From Catajapyx aquilonaris (taxonomy: Eukaryota), in the NCBI GenBank assembly GCA_000934665.2, contig JYFJ02000877.1, forward strand, positions 1-64,000: DNA of 64,000 nucleotides. Direction: 5' to 3'. The notes under the pieces are model-generated. The model saw only the letters and a list, made by a program, of their open reading frames with translations. It searched no databases and was not told the origin of the DNA. Shown here piece by piece: positions 51,449 to 64,000 of the stretch (position 1 is its first letter; every line of letters begins with the position of its first letter). Made by a program: the position numbers and the translations under genes.

Positions 51449-52649
51449 TGTTTCCATATATGATATTAGGATCTTTATTGCCCAGTTCTTTAAAATAAGG
51501 CCGCTATTGCTTCATCTATAACGCATATGTTTCGTTGTTTACTGGTAATCTTAGGGCAATTATTAAATTGCCTATATGAAGTGGCGAAAATTGAGAGAAC
51601 TATAGTTCAAAATCTGCACAATTTAACATGTGTTAGTATCGAATGTAAAGTACCGGTAATGTGTAACTCAAATATTATGCGTATTGCTATTGAAGCACGT
51701 TCTGGTAATAACTCAAAAGTTGTTTAATTTCTTATTTCGAAAAGTAACGGGTTTTCAGTTACCCATATCAAAGTTGCCAACATACTGCTTTGTATAGTTT
51801 CTATTTGTAATTGTTTGTGACGACGATGAGGTTTTAATAAGCTTGTATCCGTCAAATACGTAGAAGTATGAACTTGATGTTAAAATTTCATTATAACTTT
51901 CAAATTTTGAGCAATTGATTGCAATTGCCACCGAAAAGAGTCAAAAAAGCATGTATACTGGTACTTTATGACCCTTCTCTGGCAAAACGTTACAGGTCAA
52001 AGTCCGCCTGCTTTACCACATTATTGCCGCACTATGGTATACCAGTTTAGAGTTTCTCTCTCCCACCCTCTCCCTTTCTCTCCCTCTCCCTCCCCTCTCT
52101 CAGTTTAAAGATTTTTTAAAACCTTCACTTGCGTATGTGTGTCCGTAGCTAGGACTCATCGTTGTCATGTAGCCTGGCACTGTCGATCCTCTGATAGTAC
52201 TGTCCTGATAGTCCTATTGCACAAAACCACTTTGTAATGCCCAATATTGGCTCGATGATGAAATATATTACTGGTGCAATTAATTTACATGTCAAATAAT
52301 TATAACTGTATATGTATGTTGAGGGTTATGTTGCACAGTAATTTTGTGCAAAGAGGTTGAAAATGGCACACTGTCGAAAATATGCCCATATGCGTTAGTG
52401 TAATTCTCTTACATTAGCGATGCACCGTGACGTCAATATCGACCTTTTTACAAGGGCAGACACCCTCCGGCACTGGCCAACGTCAGATTCACATACCGAA
52501 AACTTGTTATTGCTAGGCTACTTTTTATACTCATAGAGTAGGCTGACAAAGTAATCCTTACAATCATAGCAACGAACAGATTGATTTCTTGTAATTGCAG
52601 AGGGGAATTTTGAGATGGGATTGAAGCTTCTGCCATCCTTTCATAAATT

Positions 52650-52922
52650 TATTTATTTATTTATATTTTATTTATTTGTACCCCATTGGGAGAATCGGCG
52701 CTCCATTAGGGGGGTGGAGTACCACCATTGGATGAGGCCAAGGATAGGGAAGGAAGGAGACGGATGTGGCCTATTATACGGAAGCAACCCCGGAATTATC
52801 CCCTGGGGGGACCGTGGAAAACCACAGAAAACCACGCTCAGGGTTGCCGGCCCCGGGATTCGAACCCAGGACCTCCCGATTAGCAGTCGGGCTCCTTAAC
52901 CACCACACCAACTTGCTTCGGT
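52650..52922 (-). mobile_element. SINE family A, full length
   Basis: Homolog of the other A copies. Perfect 17-bp TSD CCATCCTTTCATAAATT at 52633-52649 and 52923-52939. Confidence 0.93.
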
Positions 52923-53619
52923 CCATCCTTTCATAAATTATAAATCATAGTATGCTGAAAGTAATAGGCATAGCCTACGTTGTCCTGACGTTGTATGAAA
53001 CACACCCATTGACAGGAATTCCTTCTGTACTTCGATATTTTGCGTAAGTTTCGCAAATCTATTCTGAAACTTTGGTCAAACAGTGCTAAGGAGTGGAATA
53101 TTTTTTTAACCTCCGTCTTGTTGCTCACGACCACATACAGAAATAATCGGTCTTATGGAAAGTTGGTGTTTGTGTACCGTATCGAAAATTCTCCGGACTA
53201 ACTCTGCGAACGTATCAGTTCCTGTTATTTTGTGACATTGAATTATAGTCAAATTAACGTTGGGCAAGTCCAACCTGCCTTTTCCCTCCGAGTTCAGGCA
53301 CCGTCACACCTAACCTTCCCCCTTGGGGGTGACTCAATAATTAATGGCACGCCGCTTTTTGCTCTTTTAACTCTTTGCTGACATATAGCCCTCTGATTCT
53401 TCGTAATATTTTTTGCCATTTGGGTTGATAAAAACCATGAAAAATATCAGTCGTGAACGTTTATTATTACCACCTTTGGTATGCACTTTCTAAATTGTCT
53501 TACTTGTCAAGAACATAGTAAGACAGAAATAGTTAGAAACTGACTTTTAGTTGGCAACTGCTGAAAGGAAGATGCCCATGTCACGGTGTTTTAAAATATG
53601 CACAGTCACGACAAAAGGG

Positions 53620-55120
53620 TCAGAACTTTACCCCAGCCTGTACACTCGTGTCCTTTAATCTTGCCGCAGAGGGTGGAGAAATCAGGACAAGCCAAAAGGC
53701 GACACAGTCAGAAAGCTGATATTGAAAACGCTCCGTCCAATCTTGTGAGGAAAGGCGAAATGCACTCTCCTGGCAAAATTTCAATCCGGATCCTGGTAGC
53801 TGGAATGGAGGGTTCAGGGTATGTGGTAGGGGAAGAAAAGGGATAGTCAAGTCCCATTTGTCATCCTCACCCACTCCCAAGTGAGAAGTCCAGAACATTG
53901 GTCCAGGGAACTTGCAACGCATTAATGATCTTCCGAAATCCAATCCCCGCCGTCCCAACATCTCTCGTCATGCTGTCACCTGGACAGCCTCTCGTCAATT
54001 CCATCAATCTTTAGGGCCAATGTATACCCTATAGGGTGTTAACGAGGGAGTAAAGAAGAAGCCGAATAAAGATAAGCAGGTTTAGATCTGGCCAACATGA
54101 ATGCCAGCTTGCAGATAAGGGTGCGAGGATGGGAAGCATCTCCACTATGAAAAGCCCTTTGCCTCTGCCTGGTACTCACTCAGGAGTAGGCTGTTGTGAA
54201 CTCCCCTCCTCACTTTCCATACTCCGGCGAACCCTGAGCCAGGTTCCATATTTTCCCTCCCGGAATCCGGGGACCGTTTTGCGATAACCGTTCTGTTGCC
54301 CCTAGCTAGCTTCACAAGGTGATTACCGCTCTGAATCCCCCACCCCCACCCCTACCCTCCTCCCCTGCCCTTCCTCTCGACCCACCACCAAGGCTTTTCT
54401 CTAGCGAAACAGCTCAACACGACATTGCACTTTTGCACAACTCTGAATGCGGGTGACTGCTGCACAGATTTCCTTCCACTTCCCATTGAAGTAAACCTGT
54501 CATTTATCATGCAATACTCTACTCAGTAGAATTACAGGTGTCGCAGGAATATTGGCAGAAAGGGCGGAAATTGTGTTACAAAACAACACAAGTGGCACAC
54601 AGAATGGATCAAATTTAAATCAACGCTAGTTCAGAGAGCGTTTAACTATAGCATGCCAATTGTTGTGCATATCCAACACTATTACAAAGAAAACATGCTG
54701 TACCGGTATGCCAAATTAATATAGAGTGCTGATGGTTGTACTACCCTCAGAGTATGTTTATTCTAAAGGTTTTTGACATGTAATACATATTTCGGCAGAG
54801 TCTGGAGTTTCAAGAGTGTCTGTAGGTATACGCGTAGCTTTCTGGTTGTATAAATGATGGTGGGTCATATAAACGCGGAATGGGTCGCTTTTTAATGTGG
54901 TGGGTGCACATTCGACAGTGGAATTTCAATTGCAGCTCGTTATCAGCCAGAGCAGTTCCTTCGCTGCTGTATAGCAAAATGACGACGATAATAGACTGGT
55001 GCGGACTGGTGCATGTCCATGGTCATCATACCCGAGTCAAGTGAAAGTGGGAGTACCAATTCAGTTGCCTGGTCTGTCGGCTATGTATTCGCAATAAATA
55101 ATTCCGAGTAAACGACTGCT
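53620..55120 (-). mobile_element. Decayed DIRS-like RT-RNaseH-MT
   Basis: RT: VYSELFI, VHPPH. RNaseH: GVWK...HNSLLLSEYQA, DERLSR. MT-like: GRRGLDFGRS...KFP...LNPPFQL...DW. Confidence 0.55.
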
Positions 55121-55162
55121 CTTTCACGACTATCACGCCACGACTACTGTTCTTGGATTTTA

Positions 55163-55420
55163 GGGGCGACACGGTGGCGTAATGGTTAGCGTCGCAGCCT
55201 GAGGTCCCGAGTTCGATCCCCGGGTCGGACGGAGGATACTTATGTGGATAGAGTTTCGATGGGTTCTCTCCGTGTTCGCGTCGGTTTTCTCGGGGTTCTC
55301 CCGTTTCCTCACACTATCAAAATCCATCACAGCCCAGGCAATGATTAAAGACGGTTTGCGAAAAGATGATACCCTATGAGGCCCAAGGAGGCCTATCACG
55401 GGGTGTCCATTATCATTATT
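55163..55420 (+). mobile_element. SINE family B
   Basis: Close homolog of 25940-26200 with a short deletion in the tRNA head. Degenerate TSD ACT...CTTGGATT. Confidence 0.9.
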
Positions 55421-55902
55421 ACTCTGCTTGGATTACTCGCAATACTCGCGTCAAAATTCCATGATGATTATGATAAGTACCGGTATGGTTTCGTTTGAAA
55501 CTTATCAATTGCATAACACAGTATTACATTTAGTATGTTATGGTATGCTTCGCAGCGATCACCAACATTTCTACAATATGGGTTGGAAGGAAGCATATTT
55601 CGTAAGTACCGTATACGCTATATTCAACAATGGTATTTCGCCCCGTTACCTTGACGTCTGTTATGATATGCCGGCTAGTTAGTGGCGAGTCCACCGGAAA
55701 CTTGCCTCTTTGTCGCGAGGCAACTTTGATATTCCGACTTTTTTACTGACTGTCTGTGGCCTGACACTTTGTAACCTGCAGACTTGTCAGGCGACGAAGC
55801 GTCAGGCGACAGCTTGTCAAGGGACAATGTCATGTGACAAGTTGTCACCCGAGAATGTCAGGCTAGAAAATTTTAGCGACAATTGGCCACGACATGGGTG
55901 TA

Positions 55903-56105
55903 ACAGGGGAGTTTTAATATACGTTACGTCGAATAAATTTAATTTTTATTCAGTGTGTTCCAATCGAGTTGTCCGATTGAATACCCTTTCAAGGTGTGTT
56001 CTCGAACTCGCGAGAAATGTTCGTAGCGAAAGTGTGAGCGAGAATCTGAAGGTAATTCTCGAACCCCATTGGTCCGTGGCTTCTCGCTCGCGCTAAAACG
56101 TCCCT
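55903..56105. mobile_element. Possible small MITE
   Basis: AGGGGAGTTTTA ... TAAAACGTCCCT termini with internal CTCG/CGAG repeats. Preceded (55780-55865) by degenerate ~15-bp TGTCA.GCGAC repeats. Confidence 0.35.
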
Positions 56106-56569
56106 TTCTTGCGAGCTTGGCAGAGATGTTCATTACCATATCACCCGCGACGTCACTGTAGGATTTGGTCATTCCGTCCAGTAAACGAAAGGTTTGGGGG
56201 TTTTTAAAGCTGAAAATTGGTAGGTTAGTCGAGACACCAAATACGTATAAGTAAAATATGAAAGTTCTCGAAAATTGTGAGCTTCAGCTCTCATCTTGAA
56301 AAAATGGCACTAAACGCTTAAGAGTTCTACCCATTTGCCTACTTCTATTTACTCTTCTTTGTAGTTCATTGTGAGTGATAGGCACATAAAGGGAGATTGT
56401 TAGAGGATGTGATTAGTAATTATTAGTTTGATGTTTTATCCACTCAATTTACAAAACAAAATCATTTTGGAAGCAAGTGGTTAATGGGGTATTGATCAGA
56501 GAACTGATAGAAGCCGGATTTCGTGAAACCTCCTAGTGGCAGCTGTCAATTTCAGCACATGAACTGTGC

Positions 56570-58450
56570 TGGTCTGCCACTCATTGTTTCCATAACCCCC
56601 ACTCCATAATGGATTGGCGATCCCGTTTAGACCTGGTTAGTGGTTGCAACCATACACAACTAGTTGTGCCGACATGCCTTAAGCCCCTTGTTCTAGCTGG
56701 AGGCTTGCCAGTGAAATGGATTTGGGAAGCGCCCCTCTTCCCCACCCCCTACCAAAAATAGACTTATTGCAAGGATGGCAAGAATGATGAGTAGCCTTTG
56801 CCTGTGGGCTCCTCCTGAGTCCACCCCAAACTCTCGATGAGCTCTTAATCATGTATCCCTTAATTGGAGCGCTTCTGGCCGGGTGTGTAATCCGTTCAAG
56901 GTGGGAACGAGTTGAGCTCTCGACTTGGGCCATTTCCCCCCCCCCCACCCNCCCCTCAGCCTCTTCTTCCCCAGCCGCCACCAGCAGCCCATCCCATCAA
57001 GACAGTCAGAACTTTTGTTGGATTTATTCTTGACCACCTGGAGCCCGTAACTAAATCCCATCCCAGTTTCGCTGTCGTTGATTGCAAGCACGGGGAACCT
57101 AGTAGGTTTACTCAGTTTTGGATTGTGCAGAGTACATTGCATGGGAAGGAGGATGAAATTTCTAAGTCTGCATGGTTTTCCCTTGGGTGGGGTGGCCAGC
57201 TTTTCAAGCAGCCGCATAATCTGGAGTTGGCATACAAAAGAGGGCATTACTATTTGCGAGCTGCTAGAGAAGGATTGTTGGAGATTTTTGTCCTCAGCAT
57301 TTGCGTTTGTGGAAGCAATTTTGGTCTAGCATTCAAGTGAAGAAAGGTGTGGAACCGGCGACCTTCTCTCCCAGCTCTGCCAGCAGGTGTAATAAGGGGG
57401 ATAAATACTCGGCAGACAACAGGTCAACTGTCAGCCCAACTCGTTGAAAAGAAACGAATCAAATGAATGGCAATAATAAAAATGAATGGCAATAATAAAG
57501 TAGGGCCGATTGAAAATTCCAAACAGTATCCCCCCGGTGAAGTCCTCTGATATAATTATTTTCTGCTGTTTTGTAGGTATCCGGACAAAAACGAGTCGGG
57601 CAGGGATGGTGGTAGGGATGAGAGGGTGGTGAGGCCCAGCCTCAGAATACAGATAGTTTCCATGGAGCCACGTTAATGAGGAGTCCGGCCCAAGGGTTGA
57701 AAATAAATTGCCAAGCACCCCTCCCCTCGATCCCAGCAATCAGCGCTCTGCCAAATACAGAAGTGGACTGGATCCGCAAAAGCTGCTTTTTCTTCTCTAG
57801 CTCGTCTCGTAACGAAACACCCTAATTCTGTAATGTAAATTCACTTCTTTACAACGTGTATTCCCAGCAGGCCTTTGATTGAGTTTTATCAGTTGCGAAA
57901 GGCGAGTTTTCCCTGGAAAGATAGAATTACTGTTCATGCCCGCTTTTCAAGAGTATAGTGTAACTTGAACCATTGAAATGGGTATTGTCGAGATAATGCG
58001 GATGCATCAGAACCTTATTTGGTCGCCCGATGGGAAATTTGGATGGAAACGAAAAATGCTTATAGCCGGCGTATGCGGGATTATGTACTGCGAATACTAT
58101 TTGTCCCTAATTTGCTTTCATACAACCGGCCGCAGTCGAGCAAGAATGGATGAATTATCGAACCGGATAATAAGTCTAAATGGTAGGTTAATGAATTATA
58201 ATGGAATAGATAAAGAGGCAGCAAGCTAGGGATTCATTTCTTTCCACCAACGGATTGTGTGGTGAGTAGCTGATATTAATTACCCGACCTGGAAATACCC
58301 CATGGATTCATTATGCAGTATATACCGGCTGACTAGGGGATGCGTCTGCATTCGCTTCCTAAAATCGATGAGTTCAGCACTTGCAAATAATTCACAATCC
58401 GGCACCGCGCCAGGCGGGTTAGGCCCATGTATACTGCAGCTCAGATCCGA
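56570..58450 (+). mobile_element. Decayed DIRS-like RT-RNaseH-(MT)-YR; the only plus-strand one
   Basis: RT: DWRSRLDL and WRLASEMDLGSAPLPHP...GK...PLPVG. RNaseH: LGWGGQL, IWSWHTKEGITICELL, ADNRSTV. Weak YR-like RARMDEL and SLCSI. Confidence 0.55.
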
Positions 58451-58511
58451 AGAAGAAGAAGAAGAAGAAGAAGAAGAAGAAGAAGAAGAAGAAGAAGAAG
58501 AAGAAGAAGAA
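58449..58511. repeat. (GAA)n microsatellite
   Basis: Perfect run. Confidence 0.97.
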
Positions 58512-58799
58512 TGAGGAACTGCTCAGTTTCATTACTGTAGCACCATGCACACCATGGCCTTCCGATGAAATTGCGAGTTAAACGGGCCAGTCCCGAAATT
58601 GGCGTTGCAAGACTGCAGCGCTAATTCTGCCTTGCAAAAAGTCCGCTCTTATGGAGCGAGAATTCAACCGAAACGTTCCGCATTAATTTGCGACCAGAAT
58701 ACGAAATAGTTTTCTCGTTATTGGAATTCTGGCGATGGACCCCCCTCACCACCTCTCTCTCTCTCTCTCTCTCTCTCCCTCCCCCTCCCTCCCTTCTCC

Positions 58800-61700
58800 A
58801 GCCATGCTCCACCCCCTTCCAATGCGAAACAGGCACGATGAGTTCACCACCCGATCATTTCAGCCATTTGGCCTCTACGACCTTTTCCCTGCGACGTTGT
58901 TCAAAGATGGTGTATTACAAGTATGCACCCTGCACTCACATAGGCCCGGTTTTGCGCATTAAAAAAAATCCGGCATAAGTTGGGCCGAAAAATTCCAATA
59001 TTATTCAGGTATAAGCGACATGGTACTCTTTTGAGTGTGGAAGTGATGAGGTGGTCAGAATGGCAAGCGCGGATTTGTCGATACTGGCTGGCTTGCGCGA
59101 CGTATTTATAGGGGACAAAAAAAATGTCCGGGAGTCCGGGAGCGGAAGAGAATAAAGGGGCCCAGCCAGGCCCGGAAAGCGAGGGGGATGTGAGACAGGA
59201 AAATGGGAGGATGGCGGGGAGGGAGGGAGGGAGGGAGGGAGGGAGGGAGGGAGTCGATTTTTGTTCCTGCTTATGCTTTTTTACGAGGTGCGAGGAAAGA
59301 GAAGGAAAAAGGAAAGGTGACCGTAAAGCAGGCTCTAAAACATGGCGTGGAACGAGAGGCTCATATGCTGGAAATAAAGCAGGGAATGGCAGTGGTGATG
59401 GCGACTCGTTTGTTACCCACTGGCTCAATTTTGGCCTTAACCGTAACATGGCTAACTCCAACGACGCCTGTGTGAACCCAGCACTTGAGGTCTGCAGAGA
59501 GGGAGAATCCGCATTGATATAAGACAACCATTTACCATTTGCTGTTATAGATCCAGAAGGCCTGATGCCAGGTCTTCTAATCCCCATCCCCGTTGAGATT
59601 TACGATATAAATCAGAAACGGCGCCGATTCGACCATTAACTTTATTACTTACCGACACTAATTTAGCATGAAATTGTAGCCCTGTCTGCGTTTTCGTACA
59701 GTTCAGGTCAGTGTGGCGCTTGGCGGACTATATGCTCTCATGTGGTTATGGATGCTTTCCAAGAATTTTAACAACTAGGCGCCGGAATATGTTAGGTTTA
59801 GGGAATGAATACAGCTTAGGCCTACTAATATGCGGTCACGGGGCAAATAACAAATGAGTAACTGAGTCGAGCCTTGTTGGTTGTCTCGTGGCATTGTGTG
59901 CACGGTCTGTTAAATAAATAATAAAAGTAAGTGAAACTGGGTGGTCTCCTCGGGACTCCTTTTACTAACAAAATCCACGTCACCTCGGGGATGACGCACT
60001 TCCCCGTGTTATCTGGTTTCTAGCCATTAGTATATGAACAGGCAACGCACACTCCCATACTGGACTTGACTGGTTGACTGGAAGTACCTTCCTAAGGGCT
60101 ATTAGCGTGCTGCCAGTTACAAGCATCACTGAGTTGTGGTATAATCCACTACCGCTATATGTGAAAGTAGGCTATATAGATCCCTATCATACTGAAAATG
60201 AGAATGAATGATGCGATGTTATATTCAAAAGATAAACTTCTTACCGGTAAGTTTTTTTTATATTTACTGTGAGGTCTAACTAGCCTCGTCTCCAGCCCTA
60301 TCACTACTGATACAAATCGGAAAGCCTCCTCCACCAGGTCCACATCCAGACACCCCCGACATCTTGTGGGAAGTGTCACATTACGTATCTGCTCTGCTGG
60401 CACCATTCGACGTATTACAGTATTTCATCAGTCGGACATTAGATCAGTAGCGCGTGGCGACGAATGTGGAGCACTACATGCCAGTTGACCATTTGAGGGT
60501 ATACTATACTTATACTGTATATGTAACTGGTTTTCTCCACCCCTGCCGCCGCCAGAAGGCATGGCTGGAGCATCCCATCTGCGGAAGAGGAAGCCACTCT
60601 TCAGGCTGAGAGCTCCAGTCAAATCTGAGCTTGATGTTGCTGGAAAGTCCCTGGCCGGCGGTGGCGGTTGAGGCATCTTGGTCAAATCCACTCAGCTTAC
60701 TCGTAACAATGTAACTACTGGGTGGGCGACATGAAAGTTAGGAAGAAATGATTACACGGGTTGTTGGACTGGCTCTTCAAGTAGGCCTGCTGCTGCTGGC
60801 CTCCAGAGAGATTATCCTCTTCTAGCCCTATTATCCGGTCTGACCCTGGGGATGATAGGATTTGTTCGAAATTCCTTAAACCCTCCTTGTATGCCAAGAT
60901 AATTAGCCTATGCTGCTCTTTTGTCGACACTTGGAAAGTACACTCTACATATGCAGCATTTCTCAAGTGTTTTCTCCTGCCTCGGCAAATGTTATGCGTG
61001 GCATGTCGGACTGGTATTATATCCACGAATAAGTCCACTGCACTACGAAATATTTGCACCGGCATGCAGAGCACGGTCTTGTCTCATTTGCCTGGAGGAA
61101 TCTCGCAATTTCTTTTGCAAAACAGTGGTATTGAAGGGGAAAGACTGTCCTCGTGCTGCAGTGCTGCGCTTACAGATATTATGATTTGGTATTTTGCAAG
61201 ATATGAGATATGCGTCGTGTCTAATTTAATTCGCCTCTGAACGTGTTTAATGGGCTGATGTACGTATAATTATACATTCAAAGACTGCAATTTTTTTTTG
61301 GTAATGCAGATTACTAGTGTAGGTGAATATCGATTGCGATGTGAAGTTTCTATTGAAAAGCACATTTTTCGCTCTATTTACTCATTAAAGCATCTCATCG
61401 GGGCGTGAGAAGCGCAGAAAATGTTCCTCTTCCATGTGATTGTATCGAGTGGCTTTTTCCGGAGCTGAAATAATTTTTCGGAAACGGTCGAGTCAAATTG
61501 AAGATAACCTTCCATTATTTAAACGCTATGCCCCCGGCGGAACTACTGGCTTCAGCAGAAGAATTTTCCCGTATATATTGTCGGTGTGAGATGGAGGGAA
61601 CTGGACCATGCACACACAAATGCTCATTAGCACAGCATTTATGTCCGCCATTTGGCATTCTTATGGAGCCATTTTTTTACGCTCCATCATGCAGGCCACG

Positions 61701-61850
61701 CTCGCGGTTTTCCAACGTCCGCATGAGGCATTTTCTAGTGGGCTTTGGAAGCATTTTTCACTACTAGACGTGGAAATATTCTGTAAACAAGGGCAGGGGA
61801 AAGCAAAACCTGCCCTGATAGTGATTCTGTGGTTCGTGGGAAAAGTCATG
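58800..61850 (-). mobile_element. Decayed DIRS-like element: RT-RNaseH-MT-YR
   Basis: RT: ITIRAGFAFP, KNAKWRT, LCMP, EGLRNFEQILSSP...IGLEED. RNaseH: PPP...TSSSDLTGA...RRW. MT: AEQIR...CLD...KNLPV. YR: IRPSGS...KWLSY and AQASQYRQIRA, LCECR. Confidence 0.55.
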
Positions 61851-62799
61851 AAATGGCGTTAATGGAGCAGAGTGCATCCTGTGTTCCGCAAATATGGCTT
61901 CATTAATATGCGAACGGAATCACGTATTTGTTGCCCCCCGATCTTGATCTGAACGTCAGATGTTCACACGATAGTTTGAATTCACGTTCGTGTTCCTCCC
62001 GCGTTGTCGAAGGCCAGACAACTTCCACAAGTTGATCGGATCCACTTGGAACCGATTTTGATGTCACGATCTGAAGGGGAACCTTCATAATGTCCCATGT
62101 GATGCCAATTTTGATTTGGGGGTGATATTGAAGTGTAAGCATATGAGTGATTTTGAGCAAGATTGTCGTATAGCGTGCAAGACAAGTTGATCTGCCGTGT
62201 TCTTGGACGTTGGACATTTAAGCGGCGCTAAACTACAGATAGCTCTCAACTGACAGTAAAAAAGGTTAGTAGAACCAGGCATAAGTACAGAAGTTAATGG
62301 ACCGGAAGTAAAGATCCGGATCCCATGTGACGTCTGATGCCATTTGATGCTATCTAAACGTACAGTACAATTACAATGTCCACTTTATGGGACTGTATAC
62401 ATGTAGCGTTATATCGTATGCCCTATGTATGTTGCGTGAATTCGACGCTAATTTGAGTTTTTCCCGTTGAACAAGACTTTTTATATAACTGCAATTATTA
62501 TGCTATTGCCAACTTTCCACGCGTGCCAGTTGTTATAGTCAGCGTTTATTTGAATACCTTCCATTTTACAATGCAGCACATTTGAAATATCGAACGCTGG
62601 TGTCCTGTTGGTAGAGATAACTCGAAAAACAACAAAGCTTATAGCAGCATATTTTTATTTGCTAATAATTGAACCTAATTGAAGGAATTTTTGGATCCGG
62701 GCATACTCTACAAATACGCTACAGCTAATGAAACCTTGTTGACAGTTCCAGCAGTGCCAATCCAAATACTGTACACAAATTAATCGCCGGATTTTGTGT

Positions 62800-63420
62800 C
62801 AACGTGGATGAATTACTTCATCAAGAAGAGTGCCTACAGTATTCTTCCATGCTGATACCAAATTAGATGATCAATTTTCTGTTTTAAGTTGGTACTACTG
62901 AACATGCCAATCGTACAGTTCCAACACCTAGGGTTTAGGAACGTACTGTACAGTACTAATCTAATGACGTGGCTATAGTACATTCTGTCCTCAACCTGAA
63001 AGGACTTTTCTAGTCTAGGTGAATATCTTCTCTATGAGAGAGGCCTGAAGTGGCTGCCGACTTTTACAAGTCGTAATTGTCGTGTTGAATGCTGGAAACA
63101 ATAGATTCTGGGGGTGTTGCTTTTGTAGTGCTTATCTATCGATTTCAGAATATGGCGAGCGTCCTACCAGAAATGGGTTTGTTATCTTTCCACGTGGTGT
63201 GTTGCAAGTAGACTTGCACAAATTAATCCCACCTCCCTCCTATTCCATGTACTAGGCAGTTTCACTGTCCTAAATTGCAGTCTGGCGGGGGAAATAGTCG
63301 CATCCTGTAAATATCACCTGTTGGCTTTATCACTTGGACGGGTATTTCAATTACCCTATTGATGTTCGGCAGATATCATGTTCCTGTTGAGTCGGAAACT
63401 CCAAACCAGTAGTGCAGGCC
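62800..63420 (-). mobile_element. Decayed Ngaro-like RT
   Basis: RMRLFPPP, PRGKITN (P.G.SVN), KSA/FR, FQVEDRMYY and TLLDEVI (YLDD site), in order. Confidence 0.45.
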
Positions 63421-64000
63421 CTGGATTCATTCATTGTTGTCACATATAAAACAAGTTTCAAACTTGGAGCCTGAAATGTGCACAACATATGAACGTAGAT
63501 GATGATGATGACAAGATTGCTGTGTCAGTCAACTGCATCTAACCTAAGTTACTCGTTTCATGTAATTAACAGGGTTATAAAACATTCCAAGCAAGTGAAG
63601 CAGCATACTATTAAAAAACGAACGACCCAGTTTTTGAAACAATCATGATTGGTCTAACGCAAACGCATCTGATTATTACATCTGGATTTGGCAAGGTTAC
63701 GTGACTTTTAAAGAGGCACTCAGGTTTCACACACCTTGATTCTCATACGTCACTCCACGGGTTTTTCAGGTGTTTTTTTTTTTCTGTGGCAATCGCTCAT
63801 TTCGGTCAGAAGTGAATGGAGAGGGTTTATCCTGGCAGTTAGACTTTTTGAAACACAAGAGAGACGGAAGGAAGGCTCTGAACAGTAAGGATAAGAGTCT
63901 CCGGTAGACGAAATAATTATATAATATGTGTAGTGTATATCCAATATCAAAGGAGTTTGTATAGTACTTGTATTTCAATGGAAACATTTGTACAAGTTAG

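Noticed and set aside
57462..57499. 19-bp tandem duplication as a CRISPR-like or regulatory repeat
   Set aside because: Only two adjacent copies with no spacers, consistent with ordinary slippage. No repeat-spacer array was seen anywhere in the window.
58901..59587. Longest ORF (228 aa) as a host gene
   Set aside because: It contains a (CCCT)n-derived low-complexity block and matches decayed YR motifs; no exon structure supports it.

Overview
Animal (metazoan) non-genic DNA; SINE cores suggest an invertebrate, possibly an arthropod, but the species cannot be identified from sequence alone. I found no intact host gene, rRNA, CRISPR array or prokaryotic system. The window is a layered transposon graveyard. 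The old layer is about 14 heavily decayed, frameshifted retroelement pol remnants (6 Ty3/Gypsy and 8 tyrosine-recombinase DIRS/Ngaro-type), plus hAT, MULE, Tc1/mariner and LINE remnants. The young layer is many MITE/foldback elements, at least four tRNA-derived SINE families and microsatellites. Highlights: (1) 13 of the 14 Gypsy/DIRS-type fossils lie on the minus strand, as in a uni-strand piRNA cluster or an antisense-biased long intron; (2) a solitary tRNA-like gene with intact stems, a CCT anticodon, a non-Arg body and a 64-nt insert at the intron position; (3) a 647-bp palindrome with 285-bp arms, and a nested foldback complex; (4) three SINE heads sharing one 3' tail. All fossil calls come from motif reading by eye across frameshifts, so their boundaries are approximate and need profile-HMM confirmation.
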